DNA of 64,000 nt, taken from positions 32,744 to 96,743 of IMG/VR virus record IMGVR_UViG_3300043372_000294, one strand, 5' to 3'. Each line of letters starts with the position of its first letter. The first letter of the stretch is position 1. Under the pieces are notes generated by a model. It was given only the letters and a program-made list of their open reading frames with translations. It was not told the origin of the DNA and made no database searches. This DNA comes from a virus. Its lineage: Duplodnaviria; Caudoviricetes. Position numbers and translations under genes: made by a program. Shown here one piece after another: positions 40,208 to 49,133 of the stretch.

Positions 40208-40564
40208 TCATGATCTAGTTTCTTTTTTATGCAACCGTGACTTTCTTTTCACAACTTGCTTCTTCTTCTTCTTTTTACGACTACGCATCTTCTCTTTATT
40301 GCGAATAAATGCCTCAGTAGCAATCCAAAGATTCTGGCCGCTCTGTCGCTGTCTACGATGCAATGCTGAGTGACACAAATGACAAAGCGGAACCAAATCT
40401 GCATCCCGCTCTTGTCCTAGTCGTCTATAAGTTTTGTGATGAAGGTGAATTCTTTTCGCTGAGCCGCAAGCTCTACACCGTCGAAGATGATTCTCGAAAT
40501 AGTCTTCTCTACGCTTCTTCCACTCATCAGACGTAATGTATTCACGATATATCATAATAGTCAT
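40208..40564 (-). CDS. HNH endonuclease
   Basis: C..CG....HLHH.TY..LG.E...DL..LC..CH...H; basic tail. Confidence 0.85.
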   Translation of the reverse strand: MTIMIYREYITSDEWKKRREDYFENHLRRCRACGSAKRIHLHHKTYRRLGQERDADLVPLCHLCHSALHRRQRQSGQNLWIATEAFIRNKEKMRSRKKKKKKQVVKRKSRLHKKETRS

Positions 40565-40570
40565 TATAGC

Positions 40571-40768
40571 CTATATAATTGGGATTTTTTTCTCAATCTT
40601 GTTCCAAAGACTTTTTGCAACAAGATATCTATCATCTGTAAAAAGAACTACAGACTTTTCTTCCGCCGCTGATTTCATTTTATGAAAAAAATCAACAACA
40701 GCCGCATTCAAGTAAGCTGCTTCCATTTCTGTAAGATGAAATATGTATTCTTTTTCTATATTATCCAT
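40571..40768 (-). CDS. Small hypothetical protein
   Basis: 65 aa ORF directly 3' of tRNA-Val. Confidence 0.5.
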   Translation of the reverse strand: MDNIEKEYIFHLTEMEAAYLNAAVVDFFHKMKSAAEEKSVVLFTDDRYLVAKSLWNKIEKKIPII

Positions 40769-40770
40769 AG

Positions 40771-40844
40771 TGGGCGTTGAGGGATTCGAACCCCCGACCC
40801 TCTCCTTGTAAGGGAGATGCTCTAACCAACTGAGCTAAACGCCC
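40771..40844 (-). tRNA. tRNA-Val(UAC)
   Basis: GGGCGTT/AACGCCC acceptor; TCTCC-CTTACAA-GGAGA; GGTTCGAATCC. Confidence 0.95.
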
Positions 40845-40849
40845 AATCC

Positions 40850-41371
40850 TCAAGCAGCATTCAGCGCAGGAGGAAAATATTCATCTATATGAGTCTGCTT
40901 TGCATAATGCTTATTAAATTTAATCAATTGATTTGGATTCATAAAATCTGGGATAAGAATCCCATCGAAATGATCCATCTCATGAAGGATTGCCCTAGCT
41001 ATCACGCCAGTAAATGTTCTAAGACGCTCAATAGCATTGATATCTTTATAAGAGATACAAACAATTGAAGGCCTTTCGATATTCCAGAAATAGCCCGGAA
41101 TTGAAAGACAGCCCTCTTGCATTGTAGCGCTACCACTTGTGCTGACAATCTGAGGGTCAATAATCCAGCTATACTCTTTTGTCTTAAAAGAGAAGTATCC
41201 AAGCGCTGTATAAGGTCTGCCAATTTGGATCGCTGAAATGGCGAACCCGCCAACCTCCCAGCAGGCCTTCCTCATGTCCCCAATAAGATTTCCTACTTCT
41301 TTTTCGTCAAGAGTCGGGAAAACTGGTTGAGAAGTTATCAACAACTCTTCACTTGGATATTTAATAATCAA
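40850..41371 (-). CDS. def: Peptide deformylase
   Basis: GFAISAIQIG (motif 1 variant), EGCLSIP, HEMDHFDG. Confidence 0.9.
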   Translation of the reverse strand: MIIKYPSEELLITSQPVFPTLDEKEVGNLIGDMRKACWEVGGFAISAIQIGRPYTALGYFSFKTKEYSWIIDPQIVSTSGSATMQEGCLSIPGYFWNIERPSIVCISYKDINAIERLRTFTGVIARAILHEMDHFDGILIPDFMNPNQLIKFNKHYAKQTHIDEYFPPALNAA

Positions 41372-41751
41372 GAAAGCATCTCCGATCTAAGCGACTGAAT
41401 CTTGCTGACAAGCTTGACATAATTGTCACTCATTGCCTCCTTATCCAGCTTACCAGACTCATACAAAGGATTGTTCGGAATTGCCGGGATTTCGCAAAGA
41501 TAAGAATCTTCCTCATTGCAGTTACAGGAAATATGAAGAAGTCCGGCACCAGAAAAATAGCTGGAGATATTCATAAGAGTTGAAAACTCAACATCCACCT
41601 TAGCAATATAGAGTCTCCAAAAAATTTCTGGAATAGAAGAACCATCTACAGAAAAAAGAACACAAATTTCTTCTGCAATATCATTGTCATTATCAAAAAC
41701 TTCTTTGATTGAAAGAAGATCTTCCATCAAAAATTCATAAAAAGCATTCAT
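41368..41751 (-). CDS. Hypothetical acidic protein
   Basis: RBS GGAG before MNAFYE; ATGA-coupled to def. Confidence 0.6.
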   Translation of the reverse strand: MNAFYEFLMEDLLSIKEVFDNDNDIAEEICVLFSVDGSSIPEIFWRLYIAKVDVEFSTLMNISSYFSGAGLLHISCNCNEEDSYLCEIPAIPNNPLYESGKLDKEAMSDNYVKLVSKIQSLRSEMLS

Positions 41752-41859
41752 GGTTCTCCATTCAGCCACAGGGTTTCCGTGGACTTGCGGGCCTCTACCG
41801 GCTCAGGAGCATCCTATCAGCCCTCGGACGGTTTCGCACGCGCGCGACTGAAGAAGGGA

Positions 41860-42240
41860 GAATTACCTTTATACATTAAAACTTTATAAATACTATTTAC
41901 TTGAATACTATTTAATTTAATAGTATTAGTAAATCATTATTTTAATTGTAATTACTAATATTCTTATATTATCTCTTTTCAGCTTATAAAGATTTTAAAA
42001 AATTAGTATTTATATATAGAAGGTGACTCAAATATTTTGAGGAACGCAAACTAGGATTTCCGGTGTATACTCCGTGAAATCTTATCGGTTGTGTCCTGAC
42101 TATGTGATCACTAGTAGACTTTTATTCGTCTGAGATTCACTATACCACGCATTCCGAGGCTCGCGTCGTTATTTTGTTATGTTTTCTGAAATTCCTCAGG
42201 TTTGGCATTTGAACATTACGATTGATATACTTATATTACG
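41860..42240. promoter_or_regulatory. Very AT-rich non-coding region with divergent promoters at the minus/plus switch
   Basis: No ORF; TTGGCA-N18-TATACT at 42202-42231 (plus); TGGTATAGT near 42139-42147 (minus). Confidence 0.55.
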
Positions 42241-42279
42241 GTATTGCAACCGTTCTACTCTATCATCGAGGTATAGGAA

Positions 42280-42579
42280 GTGAATGACTTAGTATCAGCA
42301 GCCCAAGCACTAGTGGTTCCTATTGTAGTAGCTTTCATTACAGCCGGTGGCGGAGCGCTAGCCATGCAAAAGCTAAAAAAAGAAAACACCAAGCAGCACA
42401 ATGAAGGAAAAGCGTTAAATGAAGAGAACAACACTCTGCTCCAACATCTAAGCCATCAAGTCACTGGTATTGATAATAAAGTTGACAAGCTTGACGAAAG
42501 ATTGGATAATGTTGCAATCTGGCAAGCTGAGCATGAAAAAGAACATCTTATTATCAAGGAACTGCCACCTAAAGACTAA
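42280..42579 (+). CDS. Single-TM coiled-coil membrane protein (holin-like, unconfirmed)
   Basis: N-terminal hydrophobic helix, then EN..QH...VD.LD.RLD....H. Confidence 0.55.
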   Translation: MNDLVSAAQALVVPIVVAFITAGGGALAMQKLKKENTKQHNEGKALNEENNTLLQHLSHQVTGIDNKVDKLDERLDNVAIWQAEHEKEHLIIKELPPKD

Positions 42580-42599
42580 TTATCTGGTAGAATGATCTT

Positions 42600-42893
42600 A
42601 TGAAGATATCCACCTATTTCAGAGGACAGTTACTTGGGAAACCTATCCCCAATTTTCCGTATCCCGAGAAGATGTGTAGATATTGCAATAAGAAGTGCGA
42701 AATGACTGATGCGATCCATGTTACGGAGTCGCCGGAGATCTATAAGGCACTTTATATCTGCAAGAATCCTAGATGCGATGTCTACGACGAGCCAGCACGC
42801 AAAGCGTATGCTAAGGTATACTATTCGTCAGATGAAGCGTATGAAGGATTAGAACTTCATCGAATTTGGCATGATACGAAAAGAGCAGACTAA
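42600..42893 (+). CDS. Zn-ribbon hypothetical protein
   Basis: C..C...C.NP.C. Confidence 0.6.
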   Translation: MKISTYFRGQLLGKPIPNFPYPEKMCRYCNKKCEMTDAIHVTESPEIYKALYICKNPRCDVYDEPARKAYAKVYYSSDEAYEGLELHRIWHDTKRAD

Positions 42894-43147
42894 TGGAATT
42901 TTTTACTGAAATTGAAAACGCCGAAAACCTTAATCGTGATGAACGCATCAGCGTTGAGGTTCGAAACTTTCTTGATCTTGTCGATATCTGGGTTACTGCT
43001 AGCGAATTAGTTTACGTCATCTCAGAAGACGACAAGAAGGCCTCTGAGGAGGCTCTGAAGCTTCTTAGCGACAAGGTGACTACATTTAGCACTAGAGTCG
43101 TTGAAGAAAGTAAAAGTATTGCAGAAGGTGAAATTATTTTCGAATAA
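42893..43147 (+). CDS. Hypothetical protein
   Basis: TAATG coupling. Confidence 0.6.
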   Translation: MEFFTEIENAENLNRDERISVEVRNFLDLVDIWVTASELVYVISEDDKKASEEALKLLSDKVTTFSTRVVEESKSIAEGEIIFE

Positions 43148-43294
43148 TTGTTGCAAAACGATTTTTGCCTGATACAATACCTTTCAAGGCCGGTCGCCCA
43201 AAATAAGAGAGAGTAAGAAACAACAACTACTCTTTCAAACCCCAATGGCCTTAAGACGACCAACATAGAACCCACCACTTCAACTGGAGGAAAA

Positions 43295-43666
43295 ATGGAT
43301 ATCAATAATTTTCTGGCAACACCAGAAGTAGCAAATACGCTTGAAGAAGCGTTCGTAGTACTCGCAGAAGCAGGCGACACATTCAACGTATCCGAGACTA
43401 TGACTAACGGGTATTACAGTCATATCACAATCGTTGATCAGGATGAGAATGGGAAGTCTTTCTCTAAGACTCTTAAGCTTTCAAAGATCGGTGCTGGACA
43501 TATAAGCGCTGGATACGCCGCCCTTCATATTTTATCAACACTTTACTGTCTTGCTAATCAGGGACAAATTGTTGTCGATTTTGATGACGCACACTACTAC
43601 AATCTTCTTGGCTCTGCTCTCAACGGAGTTAAGAATCGGGGATTTGTAGATGTCACCTTTGAGTGA
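43295..43666 (+). CDS. Hypothetical protein
   Basis: RBS GGAGG. Confidence 0.65.
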   Translation: MDINNFLATPEVANTLEEAFVVLAEAGDTFNVSETMTNGYYSHITIVDQDENGKSFSKTLKLSKIGAGHISAGYAALHILSTLYCLANQGQIVVDFDDAHYYNLLGSALNGVKNRGFVDVTFE

Positions 43667-44033
43667 TACGAAGAAAGAGAATCCTAGCGCTCTTTCTTCA
43701 GCGACTCCCACTGCAGATCAGATTCGTTTGATCTGCGCCAATATCACCACAATGCTTCTTGAGAAGAATCGTAAGTACGGTGATTCCGCTTTAGATCCCG
43801 TGAAGATCTTCCATAAGGGGAACGCCGGAGACGCTCTTCGTGTTAGGATTGATGACAAACTTTCGCGCATCAACAATCAACAGGAAGATGAGGATGAAGA
43901 TGTTATCGATGATCTTATTGGATATCTGATTTTATACAAGGTATATTTGAAGATGGAAAGAATGGTTCCTATTCTTTCTGATAAATCCTATAAGAGCTTT
44001 GGTCACAGACATCCAGTATCTTTGATACAATAG
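43650..44033 (+). CDS. DUF1599/nucleotide-modification-associated domain protein
   Basis: LL.KN..YGDS...P..IF......L.VRIDDKL.RI.....ED...DL.GY..L. Confidence 0.75.
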   Translation: MSPLSDTKKENPSALSSATPTADQIRLICANITTMLLEKNRKYGDSALDPVKIFHKGNAGDALRVRIDDKLSRINNQQEDEDEDVIDDLIGYLILYKVYLKMERMVPILSDKSYKSFGHRHPVSLIQ

Positions 44034-44036
44034 TAT

Positions 44037-44252
44037 ATGTCAACAACACCGGAATATGTTAAAGCCTATATCTGTAAATGCGAATGCGGATGGACTATAG
44101 AATCTTTAACCCCGGATATTTGTTGGCAATGTGGATCATCAGGCCCTCATCGGGTGATGGCAACTTCTAGAACTACTTGTAAGTTCATGAAGATCAAGTC
44201 ATCCGATGAGGATTACCTGTTTCAATTCACAAACGAACTATTGGAGAGTTGA
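44037..44252 (+). CDS. Zn-ribbon small protein
   Basis: C.CG......C..CG. Confidence 0.55.
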   Translation: MSTTPEYVKAYICKCECGWTIESLTPDICWQCGSSGPHRVMATSRTTCKFMKIKSSDEDYLFQFTNELLES

Positions 44253-44253
44253 G

Positions 44254-44427
44254 ATGGATTATTGGGAATGGCTGAACCTTGGCGTTGAGCATGAATGGAT
44301 TTCTATGCCAGTGTGCGACACACATGATGGTTTACCTATGACCGAAGAAGAATACGACCAGTTTGATGAAGGATACGATCCTTGCATTCCTGTCGTTAGG
44401 CTCTGGGGACACGAAAAAGTAATTTAA
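44254..44427 (+). CDS. Small acidic protein (C.THDG.P...E......G.DPC)
   Basis: RBS GGAG before MDYWEWL. Confidence 0.6.
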   Translation: MDYWEWLNLGVEHEWISMPVCDTHDGLPMTEEEYDQFDEGYDPCIPVVRLWGHEKVI

Positions 44428-44473
44428 AAAATTACTATATATTGTAGCATAAATAGAATATCAAGGAGGCTAT

Positions 44474-45118
44474 ATGCCTGAGTTAAATGCAAATATTCCG
44501 CCTATTGAATGTTTTGTTCGTGGAAACTTTTTAAGAAATCAAAAAGATAGTCACGAAAAAAAATTCCCAGTGGTTATCTTCGGAGTGGCATCACTCCAAA
44601 ACCGCAGCCCACTTTTCCACTTTTTGATGGAAGACGGAGCCATTTGGTGGCGAATGCCGATTTCCGCTTTTTGTTCAAGAGAAGAGTCTCCTGAAGTTGA
44701 CTTGCATGATCTTGTTTTGTGGAATTCGTTTTCACCAAATATCAGCGTCACACAGTTCGCTAATATGCGCAACATGAGGATGCTATACAGAGACAGGACC
44801 GGAAAAGAGATAACTGGCAAGTATTTGATGACACTTGACTGGCACAATCCGGACGCAAACATCTTGGATTCAAGTTATTCGGAAAACCCCGGACAACACA
44901 AATGTGGTCACATCATCGAACGTGACGATGGCAACTATGCGATACAGCCAAACAATCGTTGCAGACTGTTTGAACCTTCATTTACTACAAAAATAGATAC
45001 AAATATAATTGATCGATTGATCAATACACGACTATGGGATGTTGAGGACGCTGCGAAATCAATCACAGAAGACTCTGATGCCTACGAATACAAGTTGAGC
45101 AGCGAAAAGCAAAAATGA
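44474..45118 (+). CDS. Phage protein of unknown function
   Basis: RBS AAGGAGG; LNANIP...VR..FL, WR.PISAF, HKC.H....DGN.A.QPNNR. Confidence 0.8.
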   Translation: MPELNANIPPIECFVRGNFLRNQKDSHEKKFPVVIFGVASLQNRSPLFHFLMEDGAIWWRMPISAFCSREESPEVDLHDLVLWNSFSPNISVTQFANMRNMRMLYRDRTGKEITGKYLMTLDWHNPDANILDSSYSENPGQHKCGHIIERDDGNYAIQPNNRCRLFEPSFTTKIDTNIIDRLINTRLWDVEDAAKSITEDSDAYEYKLSSEKQK

Positions 45119-45345
45119 GCGAAGCATCATGGACTTGGCTGCTTTTTGCCTTTGAGATCATGGGCATTGTCGGAATGTACTTTGTTGGCGCAAAGTATTG
45201 GTGGGGATGGCTCATTGTCCTACTTCACAGCATTCCTTGGTTCATTTACAGCATCACATATGGCAAACCCGGCTTCATTGCCATGTCATTTATGTGGTGG
45301 ACAGTCAATTTTTTCAATATGATCAAATGGAAACGACAAAATTGA
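45115..45345 (+). CDS. PnuC-like small membrane protein
   Basis: Three short TM helices, G.K.WWGW......W..Y. Confidence 0.55.
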   Translation: MSEASWTWLLFAFEIMGIVGMYFVGAKYWWGWLIVLLHSIPWFIYSITYGKPGFIAMSFMWWTVNFFNMIKWKRQN

Positions 45346-45935
45346 TCTATTTGACACCAACATCATCGCAAGTTGTGAAGGAAGCTATCATTGCCGGAGA
45401 ATTCGGGCAGATTGTAACCCCCAAGTCGGGTGATAAGATCCTTCCGGGAGCAACTTGGGCTCTTGATAACGGATGTTTCTCAAAAAAATGGTCTGAATCA
45501 CGATGGAAGAAGAATATTGTACGGTATAAAGAAGAAAGTAATTGTCTTTTTGCTGTTGTCCCCGATGTTGTGGCCGATGCAGAGCGAACAAACGAGCTTT
45601 GGGACCGATGGTTGCCTTTCGTCAAGGAACATGGGTACAAAGCTGCGTATGTTTTGCAGAATGCTTGCACACAAGTGCCGGAGAATGCTGATGCGATCTT
45701 CACAGGTGGAGATACAGACTGGAAACTGGGACCAGAAGCACGCGAATTGATGTTCGAAGCTCAAGATCGTGGCCTTTGGTGCCACATGGGAAGAGTAAAT
45801 TCTCTCAAAAGGTTAAGATATGCCATAGAGTGTGGCTACGACTCAGTAGATGGCACTTATATCAAGTACTGTCCAGAAAAAAATCTTAACGATATGAGAA
45901 GATGGCTAGAGAAAGTTCACACAGAGTTAATATGA
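45342..45935 (+). CDS. TGT/DpdA-like (queuine tRNA-ribosyltransferase fold) protein
   Basis: ALDNG.FS, PDVV.D...T, V.Q, F.GG...WK, HMGRVN, DS.DGT; TTG start overlapping the upstream stop (ATG 45327 is an alternative). Confidence 0.65.
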   Translation: MIYLTPTSSQVVKEAIIAGEFGQIVTPKSGDKILPGATWALDNGCFSKKWSESRWKKNIVRYKEESNCLFAVVPDVVADAERTNELWDRWLPFVKEHGYKAAYVLQNACTQVPENADAIFTGGDTDWKLGPEARELMFEAQDRGLWCHMGRVNSLKRLRYAIECGYDSVDGTYIKYCPEKNLNDMRRWLEKVHTELI

Positions 45936-46540
45936 AGGTTGGATCTTTATTTTCAGGAGCAGGTGGAGGAGACTTAGGCCTTATCGAAGCAGGTCATGAG
46001 ATCGTTTTTGCTTGCGAAAAAAACAGTTATGTAAGATCTGTATTAAGATTTCATAATCCTTTAGTAAAAATATATAATGACGTACAAGAAGTAACAGCAG
46101 AAAGGCTGAAAGAAGATGGAATCGAATTCCCAGACATCATTTTTGGAGGATCACCCTGCCAAAACCTCTCAATGGTTGGAGATCGTGAAGGACTGGATGG
46201 ACACCACAGCGCCTTATTTAGAGAACAATGTCGAATCGCTGATGAACTCTCTACCGAATGGCTTCTCTGGGAAAACGTCGCTAACGCTCTGCGCAGCAGC
46301 AAGGGCGAAGACTTCGCCCAAGTCCTCAAAGACATCACAGGATTCCACCCTCAACGACCAGATGAAGGATGGCGTAACGCCGGAATCTGTATTGGATACA
46401 AACGAACAGCAGTATGGCGTGTGCTTAACTCTCAATACTTTGGAGTCCCCCAGCATCGTAGAAGAATCTTTCTTGTGGCAAATACTGGAAGACCCCGATC
46501 AAATACAATCAAAATACTACTTGAGCAAGAAAGCATCTGA
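45932..46540 (+). CDS. DNA cytosine-C5 methyltransferase, alpha part (motifs I-VIII)
   Basis: SLFSGAGG, GGSPCQ.LS, WENV, FGVPQ.RRR.F; ends before motifs IX/X. Confidence 0.9.
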   Translation: MKVGSLFSGAGGGDLGLIEAGHEIVFACEKNSYVRSVLRFHNPLVKIYNDVQEVTAERLKEDGIEFPDIIFGGSPCQNLSMVGDREGLDGHHSALFREQCRIADELSTEWLLWENVANALRSSKGEDFAQVLKDITGFHPQRPDEGWRNAGICIGYKRTAVWRVLNSQYFGVPQHRRRIFLVANTGRPRSNTIKILLEQESI

Positions 46541-46976
46541 AGGAATTCTCAGACGACTCGCCAAAACAAAGGTTACCCTCCCGGAACGCCTAAAAAAAAA
46601 TCTTGAAAACATCCAAGAATTGCAAGTCTACACAAACTACGACAAACCCTACGTTTGCTTCGATTCCAAATCATCTGGCGCATTCCCAATCAACAACGAC
46701 GGAACAGTATCCATCACAATCAAACGAGGATCAGACACAAGCTGCTGCCCACCGGCAATAGGAATCGGCACCGCCATCCGCAAACTCACCGAAATAGAAT
46801 GCGAACGCCTCATGGGATGGCCCGACAACTACACCCTCCACGGTCTAAATGATCAAGGAGAACCAATAATCCTAAACAAAACAAGACGATACCAAATATG
46901 CGGAAACGGCATCGTCACCAACATCACCAAATGGTTAGGTCAACGCATCACAAACTATGATAAAATAGAAAAATGA
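46116..46976 (+). CDS. DNA cytosine-C5 methyltransferase, beta part (overlapping frame; TRD plus motifs IX-X)
   Basis: LTLNT.E.P....S.L..ILE....KYYLS.KA..GILRR; RKLT..ECERLMG.PD.YT...RY...GNG. Confidence 0.85.
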   Translation: MESNSQTSFLEDHPAKTSQWLEIVKDWMDTTAPYLENNVESLMNSLPNGFSGKTSLTLCAAARAKTSPKSSKTSQDSTLNDQMKDGVTPESVLDTNEQQYGVCLTLNTLESPSIVEESFLWQILEDPDQIQSKYYLSKKASEGILRRLAKTKVTLPERLKKNLENIQELQVYTNYDKPYVCFDSKSSGAFPINNDGTVSITIKRGSDTSCCPPAIGIGTAIRKLTEIECERLMGWPDNYTLHGLNDQGEPIILNKTRRYQICGNGIVTNITKWLGQRITNYDKIEK

Positions 46977-47593
46977 GCAAACTCGTACTATCACTCTGCG
47001 ACAAAACCGGCAACATGATCCAACCTTGGCTAGAAGCCGGATACGACTGCATGGTTGTAGACACCCAACACCCCAAAGGCATCACCAAAAACGGCAAACT
47101 CACCCTCATCGGCGCAGACATCACAAAATGGTTACCACCCAAAACAGAATACGAAATCGTCTTCGCATTCCCACCATGCACCAACCTCGCAGTATCAGGC
47201 GCAGCATGGTTCCACGACAAAGGCCTCACCGCACTCATCGAAGGCCTCCAAACCTTCGAAGCCTGCATCAAAATCGCAGAATGGTCCGAAGCCCCATACA
47301 TGATCGAAAACCCAGTATCAACCGTATCCAGCTACTACAGAAAACCAGATCACACATTCCAACCAACAGAATACGCAGGATACCTACAAAACCCCGAAGA
47401 CGAAGCATACCACAAACGCACCTGCCTCTGGACAGGACACGGATTCCAAATGCCCCCAACCAAACCAGTCCCACCAACCAACAAAAACTACATACAAAAC
47501 ATGGGCGAAACCAAAAACCGAGCCGAAAAACGGTCCGCCACCCCAAAAGGATTCGCCCAAGCAGTCTATCAAACAAACTCGCAACAAAAATAA
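46973..47593 (+). CDS. Compact Dcm-like DNA methyltransferase
   Basis: LSL.D.TG....PW...G, FPPCT..A.SGA, IENPV, Y.K.T.LW, RS.TP.GFA. Confidence 0.75.
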   Translation: MSKLVLSLCDKTGNMIQPWLEAGYDCMVVDTQHPKGITKNGKLTLIGADITKWLPPKTEYEIVFAFPPCTNLAVSGAAWFHDKGLTALIEGLQTFEACIKIAEWSEAPYMIENPVSTVSSYYRKPDHTFQPTEYAGYLQNPEDEAYHKRTCLWTGHGFQMPPTKPVPPTNKNYIQNMGETKNRAEKRSATPKGFAQAVYQTNSQQK

Positions 47594-47613
47594 TCTCATG
47601 ATACACTAACAAC

Positions 47614-47820
47614 ATGAACGAAACCCCCCAAGAAACCTCCGGAATCACACTAGGCACCATCATCCTCAGCAAAGTCCTAGACGAAAACGGAAACATCGGC
47701 ATCGAAATCGACACAGACGAAGAACTCGCAGCATACGAAACCATCGGAATGCTCACCATAGCCCTCCAACAAGCCAAAAAAGACGCCGAATACGAATACG
47801 ACTACGAAGAAGAAGAATAA
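47614..47820 (+). CDS. Small acidic protein
   Basis: 68 aa ORF with the same A/C codon bias as its neighbours. Confidence 0.6.
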   Translation: MNETPQETSGITLGTIILSKVLDENGNIGIEIDTDEELAAYETIGMLTIALQQAKKDAEYEYDYEEEE

Positions 47821-47954
47821 TGACACCAACAATCATCGAAATCGAACCCGACACCATCCCCATCCCCGACAAACCAATCCCCGATTACCCCGACGAAATC
47901 GAATGGGACGACGAACCCGACGACGACAACGAAACCCCAAACTGGGACATCTAA
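47820..47954 (+). CDS. Small Pro/Asp-rich protein (44 aa, MTPTIIEIEPD...)
   Basis: TAATG coupling; translated by hand. Confidence 0.45.
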   Translation: MTPTIIEIEPDTIPIPDKPIPDYPDEIEWDDEPDDDNETPNWDI

Positions 47955-47968
47955 AACCAAAACACCCA

Positions 47969-47995
47969 AACCCCCGCAAGGGGGTTATTTTTTTT
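47969..47995 (+). terminator. Intrinsic terminator ending the plus-strand modification operon
   Basis: AACCCCC-GCAA-GGGGGTT then A and T8. Confidence 0.85.
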
Positions 47996-48236
47996 GCCCA
48001 AACCCAAAAAACCCAAAAATTTAATAAATACTCCGACAATGCTGCCCTGCCTACAGGAAACCACTGAAAACGTACAGAGGGCATGGACAACTGGCGTTCG
48101 TGACGCAGACTCGCTCGCTTGCTCGCCCTAGGAATAGGGTTGTGTGCTGACACGCAAATTGAGTACATGACTAGACACGCAGTCAGTCATCCAGTAAGGT
48201 TCACCCATCACCCACTAGCGCCCACGGAGGCACGCC

Positions 48237-48461
48237 ATGAACACCACCACCTACACCATCAACGCAGCGACCGGCAACTACCCCACCACCACTCATGAGG
48301 CAGCAGTCAACAACGGAGAGTCGGAGATGCACGCAGCCGGACTCATCGCCAATGGATGGCGTCAGACCCACGACAACGGCAACATGATCTGTCTCGCTCG
48401 CAACAACGCCACAGTCGTCATCACACGCACGCACGGCAGCGTGCAATACACGCAAGGCTGA
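48237..48461 (+). CDS. Cassette 1 hypothetical protein
   Basis: RBS GGAGG; fills repeat interval. Confidence 0.75.
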   Translation: MNTTTYTINAATGNYPTTTHEAAVNNGESEMHAAGLIANGWRQTHDNGNMICLARNNATVVITRTHGSVQYTQG

Positions 48462-48622
48462 CATGGCAGCGAGCGAGTCTGGCGTTCGTGACGCAGGCTC
48501 GCTCGCTTGCTCGCCCTTGGAAGAGGGTATGTGCTAGCACGCAAATTGAGTACATGACTAGCTTTCTCTCCCGATCTGTGCTTGACTCTCACCAACACCA
48601 ACCAACGCCCACGGAGGCCACC

Positions 48623-48850
48623 ATGAACACCATCACCCGCACCGCCATCAACATCCTCATCGGACTGGGAGCCATCATCGCTCTCACCGCTCCGATGGTG
48701 GGAGCCATGATCCTCGCGCTCTCGCTCTTCCCAGATTCACCCACCGATGCCATCCCCACCATCATCGTGGTGGCAGGTGTCGGAGCCGGACTGGGAGCCA
48801 TGTGGCTCTACAGTCTCATCATGGACCCACTGCTCCCCGCCAATCGCTAG
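48623..48850 (+). CDS. Cassette 2 two-TM membrane protein
   Basis: RBS GGAGG; MNTITRTAINILIGLG... Confidence 0.75.
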   Translation: MNTITRTAINILIGLGAIIALTAPMVGAMILALSLFPDSPTDAIPTIIVVAGVGAGLGAMWLYSLIMDPLLPANR

Positions 48851-48992
48851 CTAGTCGAGCCGGAGTCTGGTGTTCGTGACTCCGGCTCGCTCGCTTGCTC
48901 GCCCTGCCGAATAGGTAGGTAGTTGACAACACACTTGAGTGTGTGTCAGGATGGTGGCTGGCCCCGAGAGACGGGGCAGCAGAAAGGGAATC

Positions 48993-49133
48993 ATGACCGA
49001 AGAAGAGTGGGAGCGCTACGAGGCTGAGATCCTCAACCTTCAGGCGAAGCGTTGGGCGAATCGTGATCAGTCGATCACCAGCGTCGGGTACCGAATGCTG
49101 CAGCGTTCGCAGCAGTCAAAGACTCGCCGGTAG
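48993..49133 (+). CDS. Cassette 3 small protein (46 aa)
   Basis: TTGACA-N18-CAGGAT, hairpin, AGAAAGGG RBS. Confidence 0.7.
   Translation: MTEEEWERYEAEILNLQAKRWANRDQSITSVGYRMLQRSQQSKTRR

Noticed and set aside
47026-47777. Long overlapping ORFs (191 aa plus, 169 aa minus) in the second MTase
   Set aside because: By-product of the extreme A/C skew removing stop codons; low-complexity translations
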